Under the pieces are notes generated by a model. It made no database searches, had not been told where the DNA came from, and was given only the letters and a program-made list of their open reading frames with translations. Positions 47,685-56,332 of a DNA stretch of 64,000 nt are shown in pieces (the stretch's first letter is position 1; each line of letters opens with the position of its first letter). Origin of the DNA: Oscillibacter sp. Its GTDB lineage: Bacteria > Bacillota > Clostridia > Oscillospirales > Oscillospiraceae. Location of the stretch: assembly GCF_040505565.1 (NCBI RefSeq), contig NZ_JBEUWZ010000004.1:60826-124825 (forward strand), written 5' to 3'. Made by a program: the position numbers and the translations under genes.

Positions 47685-47759
47685 TTATTCCTTGATTCCG
47701 AACAACCGGCGCAGCAGTCCACACAGCGCTTTGGGCGACTTCCAGACGACGATTTTCAT
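47685..47759 (-). CDS. spoVM: Stage V sporulation protein M (24-aa amphipathic peptide), absent from the ORF track
   Basis: My own translation gives MKIVVWKSPKALCGLLRRLFGIKE, against B. subtilis SpoVM MKFYTIKLPKFLGGIVRAMLGSFRKD. MK, K7, P9, K10, L12, G14, R17 and G21 are shared. The RBS aaggag lies 8 nt upstream. It sits downstream of rsgA, as in Bacillus. Confidence 0.7.
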   Translation of the reverse strand: MKIVVWKSPKALCGLLRRLFGIKE

Positions 47760-47791
47760 AAGACGCACTCCTTTTTCAAATAAGACTCATC

Positions 47792-47947
47792 TCAGCGCCG
47801 AAGACAGGCGCATCCGCAGGCAATCAGAAGAAGCGCGACAATAAACATCAGGCATCCTGTCGGAAAGACCGACGCAACCAGAATGCCAAATCCAAGCGCA
47901 ACCGCGCACCTGCCCAGCCAACAGCCTCCGCCTCGTCCAAACCACAT
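47792..47947 (-). CDS. Hypothetical 51-aa Gly/Cys-rich membrane micro-protein
   Basis: The strong RBS gggaggaggtg lies 8 nt upstream of an internal ATG. The product is MWFGRGGGCWLGRCAVALGFGILVASVFPTGCLMFIVALLLIACGCACLRR. It lies 32 nt upstream of spoVM. Confidence 0.45.
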   Translation of the reverse strand: MWFGRGGGCWLGRCAVALGFGILVASVFPTGCLMFIVALLLIACGCACLRR

Positions 47948-48046
47948 ATCCGCCGCACCTCCTCCCGTACTCCAGTATATACGAGGGAGAGGAAAAGCGT
48001 GCGGGTCGGGATACCGGGAGCGACGGAGAAATTTTTCATGAACCGG

Positions 48047-48090
48047 GAGCAAATAAGCGCGGATACCGCCAAAGCGGTATCCGCGCTTAT
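48047..48090 (-). terminator. Hairpin terminator after rsgA
   Basis: Perfect 17-bp stem ataagcgcggataccgc-caaa-gcggtatccgcgcttat, then tttgct on minus. Confidence 0.6.
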
Positions 48091-48091
48091 C

Positions 48092-48979
48092 TTACTTTTT
48101 CTGTTCCTCCCACTCTTTCAGAGGCTTCAATTCCTCGTAAAGCCGAAGATAGCTGTCGTGGCGGCTCTTTTGGAGGTCGCCGTTTTTCAGTGCCTCCAGC
48201 ACCACGCAGCCCTTTTCCTTTGTGTGGCTGCACCCCACAAACCGACATCCGGAAAGAAAAGGCGCAAAGTCCGGGAAAGTTTCCGGCAGACGCTGCTTCA
48301 GTTCAAAATCCAGCTCGTCGGTGTCAAAGGAGGCAAAGCCGGGAGAATCCACCACATCCGCGCCGCAGTCCAAATGGTAAAGCTCGATATGCCGGGTGGT
48401 ATGCCGTCCGCGGCCCAGCGCCTGGCTGATCTCGCCCACCTGAAGATGATACTCCGGGTCCAGCGCATTCAAAATGCTGGATTTCCCCACGCCGGAGTTA
48501 CCTGTAAAGGCGGAAAGCTTTCCGGTTATCAGGGGTTTCAGTTCCTCCATCCCCTCTCCCGTCTCCGCGCTGACGCGGACGGTGGGGAATCCGGCGGCGC
48601 GGTAGATGTGGTACAGGCTGTCGGCGCTGTTCAAATCGCACTTGTTCAGCGCCACCACTATGTGACAGCTCTTCAGTGCCGCGATGGCGGAGAGCCGGTC
48701 GATCAGATAGGGGTCGGTTTTGGGGAGGGCTTCCGAGGCGATCACGACGATCTGATCCACGTTTGCCACGGCGGGGCGGAGAAAGGAGTTTTTCCGGGGT
48801 TTCACAGTCTCCACGATTCCCTCGCCGTTTCCCAGCTCCAGAATCTCTACCCAGTCCCCAACCAAGGGAGAAATTCCCTCTCTGCGGAACTTTCCTCTGG
48901 CGCGGCACTGGAGTATCTCCCCGTCGGTCTCCACGTAATAAAATCCGCTGAGTGCCTTTTTAATCCGGCCCTCACCCAT
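48092..48979 (-). CDS. rsgA: Ribosome small-subunit-dependent GTPase A
   Basis: The circularly permuted GTPase motifs are present (LNKCDL ... GNSGVGKSS) with a C-terminal Zn-finger CRFVGCSHTKEKGC. The start MGEGRIKKALSGFYYV overlaps the prkC stop by 8 nt. Confidence 0.9.
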   Translation of the reverse strand: MGEGRIKKALSGFYYVETDGEILQCRARGKFRREGISPLVGDWVEILELGNGEGIVETVKPRKNSFLRPAVANVDQIVVIASEALPKTDPYLIDRLSAIAALKSCHIVVALNKCDLNSADSLYHIYRAAGFPTVRVSAETGEGMEELKPLITGKLSAFTGNSGVGKSSILNALDPEYHLQVGEISQALGRGRHTTRHIELYHLDCGADVVDSPGFASFDTDELDFELKQRLPETFPDFAPFLSGCRFVGCSHTKEKGCVVLEALKNGDLQKSRHDSYLRLYEELKPLKEWEEQKK

Positions 48980-50984
48980 TGAAATCCACCGTGCGCGTCT
49001 CGAAGAGCTCATCATCGTAATAGACCTGCACCGTCCCGGAGCCGGACCCGTACAAGTCCAAAGGAATCGTCCCTTGGCTGCAATTCACGTTACCCTCATA
49101 GGCCGATTGCCCGTTCAGAAGAACCACCATATGAACTGTTTCCCGTCCGTCCTGCGGCAGGGAGAAGGTAACGGACTTGGCGACGGTGTTCCCTCCGGGA
49201 TTCTGTGTACCGGCCGGACCTTTGCTGACAGAGAGAGTGATTGGGTCTCCCACATAGGCCTGCGTTCCATTCTTAATGTCCTGATCCACCACGGTTCCGG
49301 CGGGCTCATCGCTGTCCACGTCCTTCTCGGTCACTTTCAGTCCCATGGTTTCGGCTTGCTTCTTTGCCACATCAAAGGAGACATTCACAAACGAGATCAC
49401 GGTGATCGGCGTTTTCTCCGGCCCTGTGCTGATGACCAGCGTCACACTGTCGCCCTTTTTCAGGGGAGTCCCCGCCTCCGGCTCCGTGCGGATCACGCAG
49501 TCTACACCCACATCGCTGCTGCTCTCCTCTTTGGTTTCAAGGTTCAAGTCCAGCTCGCTGATTAGGTTTTTCATGGAAACCTTGGCAATCTGAGAGGTCT
49601 GTCCGGTCAGGTCCAGCATATTGTCGGTTTTCACCCCGGCGCTGATGGTCACATTAATGACAAGGTCGCTCTTTTTGGTCATGCCCTCTGTCGGGTCCTG
49701 CTTGATAATAACGCCCTCGGGCGCATCGTCATATACGGAGTCCACGACGTTGATCTCAAAAATTCCGGCCACCTCCGGCAGCTGTTTGGCCTCGTCCTCC
49801 GTATAGCCCATCACCTTGGGGACGGTATAGGTCTCCCCCGCCTCCATAGAGCTGAACACCGCTCTGGCCAGGAAGAAGATTGCCAACAGTGCCACCACAA
49901 CAATGCCGATGATCATAGCCGTGCGTTTTTGGGGAGACACCTGTCGGGCCGGTTTCCGGGAGAGCTCCCGGTCGTAACTCCGGTCGTAATTTCGGTCATA
50001 GTTCCGATCGTAATCCCGCGCGGATTCCCGCTCCCGGAGCGTCTCCCTGGACGGATGGTGCTGTGCGGCGGCCACGGCACCGGTGTGGAGCAGGCGGGTA
50101 GGCTCATCGGGTTCCTCCGGGTGCAAGTCCTTGGGATCAATGTCCAGATCCACGCCCGGGTTTTTGCGGAACGCGTCCAGATCGGCGATCATGGCTTCTG
50201 CAGAGTCGTACCGCCGGTCCCGGTCCGGGGCCATGGCTTTCATGCAGATCAGCTCCAGCGGCCCCGGGATATCGGGATCGATCTCCCGAGGAGCCAGCGG
50301 GATGGAGCTGAGGTGCTGGATTGCCACGGAGACGGCGGAGTCCCCTTCAAAGGGCAGGCGGTTGGTGAGCATTTCATAGAGCACCACACCGGCAGAGTAG
50401 ATGTCGGAGCGGGCGTCGGTTCGATCACCGCGGGCCTGCTCGGGAGAGATATAATGCACGGAGCCAAGGGCCTCCTGCGTCAGCGTCTGGGCAGAGTTTT
50501 CCAGACACGCAATTCCAAAATCGGCCACCTTCACGCTGCCGTCCCGCAGGACCATTATATTCTGAGGCTTGATGTCCCGGTGGACGATGCCCCGGCTGTG
50601 GGCGTGGGAAAGGCCCCGCATGATCTGGGTGATGAAGTGCAAAGACTCCCGCCAGTCCAGCTTTCCCCGCTTTTCCATGTACTGCTTCAGGGTAATACCG
50701 TCGATAAGCTCCATAACGATATATTCCACGTCGTCGCTCTGGGACACATCGTACACAGAGACGATGTTGGGGTGGGACAGCATGGCGACCGCTTTGGATT
50801 CCGCGTGGAACCGGCGACGGAACTCCTCGTTCTGCGCCAGATCGCTCTTCAGTATTTTGACCGCCACCAGCCGGTTGAGGCGATGACACTTGGATTTGTA
50901 GACGACGGCCATGCCGCCGGTGCCGATCCGTTCCAGAATCTCATAGCGATTATCCAGCATTTTTCCGATATAGGGATCCACCAT
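48972..50984 (-). CDS. prkC: PASTA-domain Ser/Thr protein kinase
   Basis: Hanks kinase motifs (HRDIKPQN, DFG, SPEQ), one TMH, three PASTA repeats and a C-terminal Ig-like domain. Confidence 0.9.
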   Translation of the reverse strand: MVDPYIGKMLDNRYEILERIGTGGMAVVYKSKCHRLNRLVAVKILKSDLAQNEEFRRRFHAESKAVAMLSHPNIVSVYDVSQSDDVEYIVMELIDGITLKQYMEKRGKLDWRESLHFITQIMRGLSHAHSRGIVHRDIKPQNIMVLRDGSVKVADFGIACLENSAQTLTQEALGSVHYISPEQARGDRTDARSDIYSAGVVLYEMLTNRLPFEGDSAVSVAIQHLSSIPLAPREIDPDIPGPLELICMKAMAPDRDRRYDSAEAMIADLDAFRKNPGVDLDIDPKDLHPEEPDEPTRLLHTGAVAAAQHHPSRETLRERESARDYDRNYDRNYDRSYDRELSRKPARQVSPQKRTAMIIGIVVVALLAIFFLARAVFSSMEAGETYTVPKVMGYTEDEAKQLPEVAGIFEINVVDSVYDDAPEGVIIKQDPTEGMTKKSDLVINVTISAGVKTDNMLDLTGQTSQIAKVSMKNLISELDLNLETKEESSSDVGVDCVIRTEPEAGTPLKKGDSVTLVISTGPEKTPITVISFVNVSFDVAKKQAETMGLKVTEKDVDSDEPAGTVVDQDIKNGTQAYVGDPITLSVSKGPAGTQNPGGNTVAKSVTFSLPQDGRETVHMVVLLNGQSAYEGNVNCSQGTIPLDLYGSGSGTVQVYYDDELFETRTVDFNG
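49969..50016. repeat. In-frame imperfect 12-nt tandem repeat x4 inside prkC (encodes the DRxY repeat linker)
   Basis: cggtcgtaactc / cggtcgtaattt / cggtcatagttc / cgatcgtaatcc, read directly. This encodes ...DYDRNYDRNYDRSYDR... in the juxtamembrane linker. Confidence 0.7.
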
Positions 50985-50985
50985 G

Positions 50986-51747
50986 TCACATCGCCTCCTT
51001 TTCGTCGTCCTTCCGCATCAGCACCGCGGTCACATTATCCTTGGCCCCCCGGCTCTTTGAAATTTCCAGCAGTCTTGCAAGACAGGCCTCTCCCGTCTCG
51101 TCGTGGTTTACCTCATCCAGCATTTCCTGATCCGTCACGGTGTCCACCAGCCCGTCGCTGCACAGCAGGAGAAATTCTCCCCGCTTCATCGGGCATATGT
51201 AGCCGTCGCACTCGATCTGCGCATCCGGCCCCAAAGCCCGGGTAATGAGGTTGCGGTTGGGATGGCGGCGGGCCTCCTCGGCGGTGATATCGCCCCGCTC
51301 CACCATGCTCTCCACCAGAGAATGATCCCGCGTCACACGGACAATAGCCTCCGGTGTGATGTGATACGCCCTGCTGTCGCCCACGTTGCTGACCACTGCA
51401 CCGCCGCCGTAACTGACAGCGGCGACCAACGTCGTTCCCATGTTGCGGAATTCTTCGCTTTGCTGCGCCGCCTCCCGTACCGCTCGGTTGGCAAGAGACA
51501 CCGCAAAGGACGACGCCTCCCGCAGCTGCTGCGGCGTCATCTCCAGCGTCAGCACCTTTTCAAGCTCTCTCACATAAGTATCCACTGCAATATAGCTTGC
51601 CTGCTTACCGCCGGCGGTGCCGCCCATGCCGTCGCAGACCACGCAGACGGTGTATCCACCGTCCGTCTCCTTCACAGCATAAGCATCCTGATTATCCTTG
51701 CGGACAAGGCCCACGTCCGTGATACCCCAGACCTGCATGTCGATCAC
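50986..51747 (-). CDS. prpC: PP2C-family Ser/Thr phosphatase (Stp/PrpC)
   Basis: GITDVGLVRKDNQDAY ... VCDGMGG ... LLCSDGL ... DNVT motifs. Confidence 0.9.
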   Translation of the reverse strand: MIDMQVWGITDVGLVRKDNQDAYAVKETDGGYTVCVVCDGMGGTAGGKQASYIAVDTYVRELEKVLTLEMTPQQLREASSFAVSLANRAVREAAQQSEEFRNMGTTLVAAVSYGGGAVVSNVGDSRAYHITPEAIVRVTRDHSLVESMVERGDITAEEARRHPNRNLITRALGPDAQIECDGYICPMKRGEFLLLCSDGLVDTVTDQEMLDEVNHDETGEACLARLLEISKSRGAKDNVTAVLMRKDDEKEAM

Positions 51748-52775
51748 TCCCCTTTCTGTTCTTCCATGGCCTTCCGGCGGAGCTGTCCGCAGGAAGCGTC
51801 GATATCCCCGCCCAGACTCCGCCGCACTGTGGCGGTAAGCCCATGGTCTTCCAGTCGTTTTTGAAACGCCGCGACCCGCTTTGACGGCTTGAACGGGCTT
51901 TCCACCACATCGTTCAGCGGGATCAGATTCACATGGCCCGGCATTCCCCGGACCTTCTCCGCGATAAGGTCGGCCTGCCAGTCGCGGTCGTTCACGCCGT
52001 CGATCATGGCGTATTCAAAGGAGATACGCCGTCCCGTCTTCTCAAAGTATCGATGACAGGCGGCGAACAGGTCCTCCACGGGGTACGCCCGGTTCACCGG
52101 CATAATTCTGGTACGCGTCTCATCGTCCGGCGCGTGAAGGGAAACCGACAGCGTCAGCTGCAAGCCAAGGTCCGCCAGACGCTGGATGCCGGGTATAACG
52201 CCGCAGGTAGACAGAGAAATATGCCGCATCCCAATGTTCAGTCCGTCCGGGTGGTTCACCAGCTCCAGAAATTTCAGGACGTTGTCCAAATTGTCCATCG
52301 GCTCTCCAATGCCCATCAGCACGATGTTGGAGATGGGTAGGCCGGAGTCCTTCTGCGTGAAGATCACCTGATCCAAAAGCTCCGCGGGCGTCAGGTCCCG
52401 AACCTTTCCGGCGATGGTGGACGCGCAGAACGCGCACCCCATCCGGCACCCCACCTGAGAGGAGATGCAAACGGTGTTCCCATGGTGATACTGCATCAAA
52501 ACAGATTCAATACAGTTGCCATCGCCTAGCTCCCATAGGTATTTTATGGTGCCGTCCAGTTTGGAGACCTGTTTGCGGACGGCCTTTGGCGGCATAAGTA
52601 CGCAGCTCTCCTTCAGCTTTTCCCGGAGGGGTTTCGGCAGATTCGACATTTCGTCAAAGGAGACGACACCTCTGTGAAGCCAGGTGAACACCTGCTTTCC
52701 GCGAAACGCAGGCTGCCCCATGGCCTTTAAGGTTAGGGTCAGTTCCTCCTGCGTTTGTGATTTCAAATCGGTCAT
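51744..52775 (-). CDS. rlmN: 23S rRNA/tRNA (adenine-C2)-methyltransferase, radical SAM
   Basis: CISSQVGCRMGCAFCAS radical-SAM cluster motif and the GMGEP motif. The synteny fits. Confidence 0.95.
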   Translation of the reverse strand: MTDLKSQTQEELTLTLKAMGQPAFRGKQVFTWLHRGVVSFDEMSNLPKPLREKLKESCVLMPPKAVRKQVSKLDGTIKYLWELGDGNCIESVLMQYHHGNTVCISSQVGCRMGCAFCASTIAGKVRDLTPAELLDQVIFTQKDSGLPISNIVLMGIGEPMDNLDNVLKFLELVNHPDGLNIGMRHISLSTCGVIPGIQRLADLGLQLTLSVSLHAPDDETRTRIMPVNRAYPVEDLFAACHRYFEKTGRRISFEYAMIDGVNDRDWQADLIAEKVRGMPGHVNLIPLNDVVESPFKPSKRVAAFQKRLEDHGLTATVRRSLGGDIDASCGQLRRKAMEEQKGE

Positions 52776-54109
52776 AGAGAAAGATCCTTTTCGTTTCGCC
52801 GCAGGCGGCAGATGTAAAACCCGTCGGTGCTGTGGCGGTGGGGCCAGAGCATCAGCTCCCCCGACTGCGCCCCTATCGGCGCGGGCAGAGTAAATGTTTC
52901 CTGGGAAAATTCCGAGTGTCCGGAGAGAAAGCCTTCCACCACCTGACCGTTTTCCTCCGGCAGAATTGTGCAGGTGGAGTAGATCAGTACGCCGCCGGGC
53001 TTCACGTACCGCGCGGCGTTTTCCAAAATGGCGGACTGCGCCACGGTAAGTGTAAACAGATCGTCCGGTGATTTATACCGGACGTCCGGTTTTTTCCGAA
53101 TGATACCAAGACCGGAACAGGGAACGTCCACCAGTACCACGTCTGCGCTGGCCGCCCAGTCGGGACGAAAAACTGTCCCGTCGGCGGCGAAGGTCTGAAT
53201 GGACCCGAGACCCAGCCGTGCGGCTCCGGCCTCAATGCGTCCCAGCTTTTTTTCGTGGAGATCACAGGCGAAGATCTCGCCCTCGTCCCCCATGGCCACG
53301 GCTGCGCCGAAGGACTTGCCCCCGGGTGCGGCGCAAACGTCGATGACCCGCTGCCCCTTTTGCGGCGCGGCAATGAGGCTCACCAGCTTTGCGGCGGGGT
53401 CCTGCACAAAAAACTCTCCGCTTTGAAACGCCTCCAGCGCCGTCAGGTCGCCGGACGCGGACAGCTCCAGGCAGTCCGGCACCCACGGGTGTGCGGACGC
53501 GGTCACGCCGGCAGCGGCCAATCGGGCGATCAGGTCCGCCGCCGTGGTCTTCAGGGTGTTGACCTGCACCGTCAGCGGCGCAACACCGTTGTCGGCGGCG
53601 AGAAACGCCTCGGCTTCCTCCCGGCCCAGCAGCGTCAAAAGCCGCTTCACCAGCCACTTGGGATGGCTGTACCGAATGGAGAGGTACTGCGCCTCATCCG
53701 TCGCCGGGATGGACGGCAGCTGCGCTTTATTCAGAGAAATCTTCCGCAGGACGGCATTCACCAGCCCGGAGGCTGCCCCCCTGCCATTCTTTTTCGCCAG
53801 CTCCACGGACTCGTTCACCGCGGCCCGGTCCGGCACCTTGTCCAAAAACAGGATCTGATATGCGCCGATACGCAGAATATCGGTCAGAGGCGGCTGTAAA
53901 TGGCCGACTTTCTGGGAACAATAGGCTCCCAAATAAAAATCAAGCAGCGCGCGGTTTTGCAAAACGCCGTAGACAATGCGGGTGATCAGCGCGGCGTCCG
54001 CGCCGGAAAGACCTTCCCTCTGGAGTTGGGCCTTCAGGCTGGCATCTGCCCAGGCGGAGGCCCCCGAAACAGCGCTCAGCACCCGCAGCGCGGTATCCCG
54101 GGCGCTCAC
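52772..54109 (-). CDS. rsmB: 16S rRNA (cytosine967-C5)-methyltransferase
   Basis: An N-terminal NusB-like domain, then DVCAAPGGKS and DVPCSG / YSTCT motifs. Confidence 0.9.
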   Translation of the reverse strand: MSARDTALRVLSAVSGASAWADASLKAQLQREGLSGADAALITRIVYGVLQNRALLDFYLGAYCSQKVGHLQPPLTDILRIGAYQILFLDKVPDRAAVNESVELAKKNGRGAASGLVNAVLRKISLNKAQLPSIPATDEAQYLSIRYSHPKWLVKRLLTLLGREEAEAFLAADNGVAPLTVQVNTLKTTAADLIARLAAAGVTASAHPWVPDCLELSASGDLTALEAFQSGEFFVQDPAAKLVSLIAAPQKGQRVIDVCAAPGGKSFGAAVAMGDEGEIFACDLHEKKLGRIEAGAARLGLGSIQTFAADGTVFRPDWAASADVVLVDVPCSGLGIIRKKPDVRYKSPDDLFTLTVAQSAILENAARYVKPGGVLIYSTCTILPEENGQVVEGFLSGHSEFSQETFTLPAPIGAQSGELMLWPHRHSTDGFYICRLRRNEKDLSL

Positions 54110-54840
54110 CGGCCGCCTCCCCTGCGGTTTCCGCCGCCGCCCCGGGAGGCAAAGATCGCCACGAACCGCATAAGCTGCAACAGGCTGGTGAGAAGCGCGG
54201 CCACATAGGTCAGCGCCGCGGCCCGCAGCACCTTTTTCGCGCCCAACAGCTCGTCGTCCTCCAAAAGGCCCTGCCCCTCAATGGTCTCGATGGCCCGTGC
54301 GGAGGCGTTGAACTCCACCGGCAATGTCACCAGCTGAAAGAATGTGGTGAAGCCGAACAGAATGATGCCCGCCAAAAACAGCGTTTGGCTGTACATGAAT
54401 AGACCGATCAGCAGCAAAACAAAGGAAAACCTGGAGCCGATGTTCGTGGCCGGAATAATGACGCTGCGCAGCCGCACGGGGCCGTACCCCTCGGCATACT
54501 GCACCGCGTGCCCCGCCTCGTGGCAGGCCACGCCCACCGCCGCCACCGTGGGAGCGCCGTATACGTTCTCGGACAGGTAGATGGCATTGTCCCGGGGGTC
54601 ATAGTGGTCGGTGAGACGGCCCCGGGTCTGATAGATCGCCACGCCGGTGACGCCGTGGGCCCGCAGAACTGCCTCCGCGGCCTGTGCGCCGGTGATATGA
54701 CGGCGGTTGTTCACCGCGCTGTACCGGCTAAAATTGCCGGAGATCTGCGCCTGCGCATAAAGAGACAGGAGAAACACCGGAATCAGCAGAATCCAGTAAA
54801 AATTGTTGGCGAAAAAATAAGCATAATCGTTTTGCATCAA
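54106..54840 (-). CDS. Membrane zinc metallopeptidase (Zn_peptidase_2 family)
   Basis: HEAGHAVQ HExxH motif, flanking TM segments and a Gly/Arg-rich tail. Confidence 0.8.
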   Translation of the reverse strand: MMQNDYAYFFANNFYWILLIPVFLLSLYAQAQISGNFSRYSAVNNRRHITGAQAAEAVLRAHGVTGVAIYQTRGRLTDHYDPRDNAIYLSENVYGAPTVAAVGVACHEAGHAVQYAEGYGPVRLRSVIIPATNIGSRFSFVLLLIGLFMYSQTLFLAGIILFGFTTFFQLVTLPVEFNASARAIETIEGQGLLEDDELLGAKKVLRAAALTYVAALLTSLLQLMRFVAIFASRGGGGNRRGGGR

Positions 54841-54850
54841 ATTCCTCGTT

Positions 54851-55771
54851 TCAAAGTTGAATAGGATGTCCCCGCAGATAGTCCGCAGCGGACATCCGCT
54901 TGCCGCCGGTGGCTTGTATTTCTGTCAAGCGCAAAACCTTGCCATCACCGCAGGCCACCGCGATTCCTCGCTTGTCTGCAGAGAGCACAGCACCCGGCTG
55001 CGCGGAAGTGTCCTCCCCTGTCTCCACGGAACGGAAAATTTTCATAGGCTGGTCGGCAATAGCGTCGGTAGACGCGGAGGGCCAGGGAATCAGGCCGCGA
55101 ATCTGGCAGTTGACGGCGTGGGCGCTCCTTGTCCAGTCGATGGGTGACAGCTCCCGGGACAGCATGGGCGCGTAAGTGAACACGCTTTCGTTCTGAGGCG
55201 TCCGGACGGCGGAGCCGTTTTCCAGCGCCGTCACGGTTCCGCTCAGCGCCTCTGCCCCCAGTATGGCAAGCCGAGCGGTCAGAGCCTGCGCGTCCTCATC
55301 CGGGCCGATGGGGGTTCTTACCTGCGTAATTACGTCCCCTGCGTCCAGCGCAGCAGCCATATACATGATGGAGACGCCGGTCTCCTCCTCTCCGTTCAGA
55401 ATCGCCCAGTTGATGGGGGCCGCGCCCCGATACTTGGGCAGAAGCGACGAGTGGACGTTGATGGAACCGTATTTCGGATAGTTCAGCAGGTCCTCCGGCA
55501 AAATCTTACCGTAGGCCGCCACCACGATCAGCTCCGGGTCCAGCTGCCGCACGATGCCCATGGCCTCGCCGTCCCGCGCCTTCAACGGCTGAAAAACAGC
55601 AATTCCATATGACATAGCACATTCCTTTACAGAATTTGGTACCAGCTTCATTCCTCTGTTTTTAGGCTTGTCCGGCTGGGTAATGACACCGCATATAGTA
55701 TGCCCGTCCTCCACCAGCCGCTTCAGGGAGGCCACGGCAAACTCCGGGGTCCCCATAAATAAAATGCGCAT
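54851..55771 (-). CDS. fmt: Methionyl-tRNA formyltransferase
   Basis: MRILFMGTPEFAV ... NVHSSLLPKYRGAAPINWAI motifs. Confidence 0.95.
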   Translation of the reverse strand: MRILFMGTPEFAVASLKRLVEDGHTICGVITQPDKPKNRGMKLVPNSVKECAMSYGIAVFQPLKARDGEAMGIVRQLDPELIVVAAYGKILPEDLLNYPKYGSINVHSSLLPKYRGAAPINWAILNGEEETGVSIMYMAAALDAGDVITQVRTPIGPDEDAQALTARLAILGAEALSGTVTALENGSAVRTPQNESVFTYAPMLSRELSPIDWTRSAHAVNCQIRGLIPWPSASTDAIADQPMKIFRSVETGEDTSAQPGAVLSADKRGIAVACGDGKVLRLTEIQATGGKRMSAADYLRGHPIQL

Positions 55772-55776
55772 GGACG

Positions 55777-56304
55777 TTACTCCTTTGTTTCTCCGTCTTC
55801 TCTGGAATCACCTGATTTCTCATTTTCCATATACGTCTCCAACTCCTCATCGGAGAGGAAGTGGTCCACGTGTTCGGAGAACAGATGTCCGTCCAGATGC
55901 TCGATCTCATGGCAGAAAGCCCGGGCGGTCAAACCCTCACCCTCCGCCTCGAACCACTGGCCGTCCCGGTCCTGCGCCCGAATCCGCACCATGTTGGGCC
56001 GGGTGACAATTCCCCACTTTCCGGGCAGGCTCAAGCATCCTTCAAGTCCGGTCTGCTGACCGCTCCGGGAAATAATCTCCGGGTTAATCAGCTCGATATA
56101 CTCATCCGAATCCTCGTCCAGCACCAGGCACACCCGGCGCAGAACTCCCACTTGCGGCGCCGCAAGACCGGCGCCGCCGGCATCGGTCAGCGTTTCCGCC
56201 ATATCGTCCAGCAGCTCGCGGAGATGCCTGTTGAACTCCGTCACGGGGCGGCACTTTTTCAGCAGGCACTCGTCACCCACCTCTACGATCTTTCTCAAAG
56301 CCAT
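55777..56304 (-). CDS. def: Peptide deformylase
   Basis: GLAAPQVG, EGCLS and HEIEH motifs. The start was trimmed to MALRKIV. There is an acidic C-terminal tail of about 25 aa. Confidence 0.9.
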   Translation of the reverse strand: MALRKIVEVGDECLLKKCRPVTEFNRHLRELLDDMAETLTDAGGAGLAAPQVGVLRRVCLVLDEDSDEYIELINPEIISRSGQQTGLEGCLSLPGKWGIVTRPNMVRIRAQDRDGQWFEAEGEGLTARAFCHEIEHLDGHLFSEHVDHFLSDEELETYMENEKSGDSREDGETKE

Positions 56305-56332
56305 TGCGTTGACCTCCCAATCAAAATTACGA

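Noticed and set aside
49929-51245. 438-aa plus-strand ORF
   Set aside because: It is antisense to prkC and prpC, crosses their junction, and has no recognisable domain.
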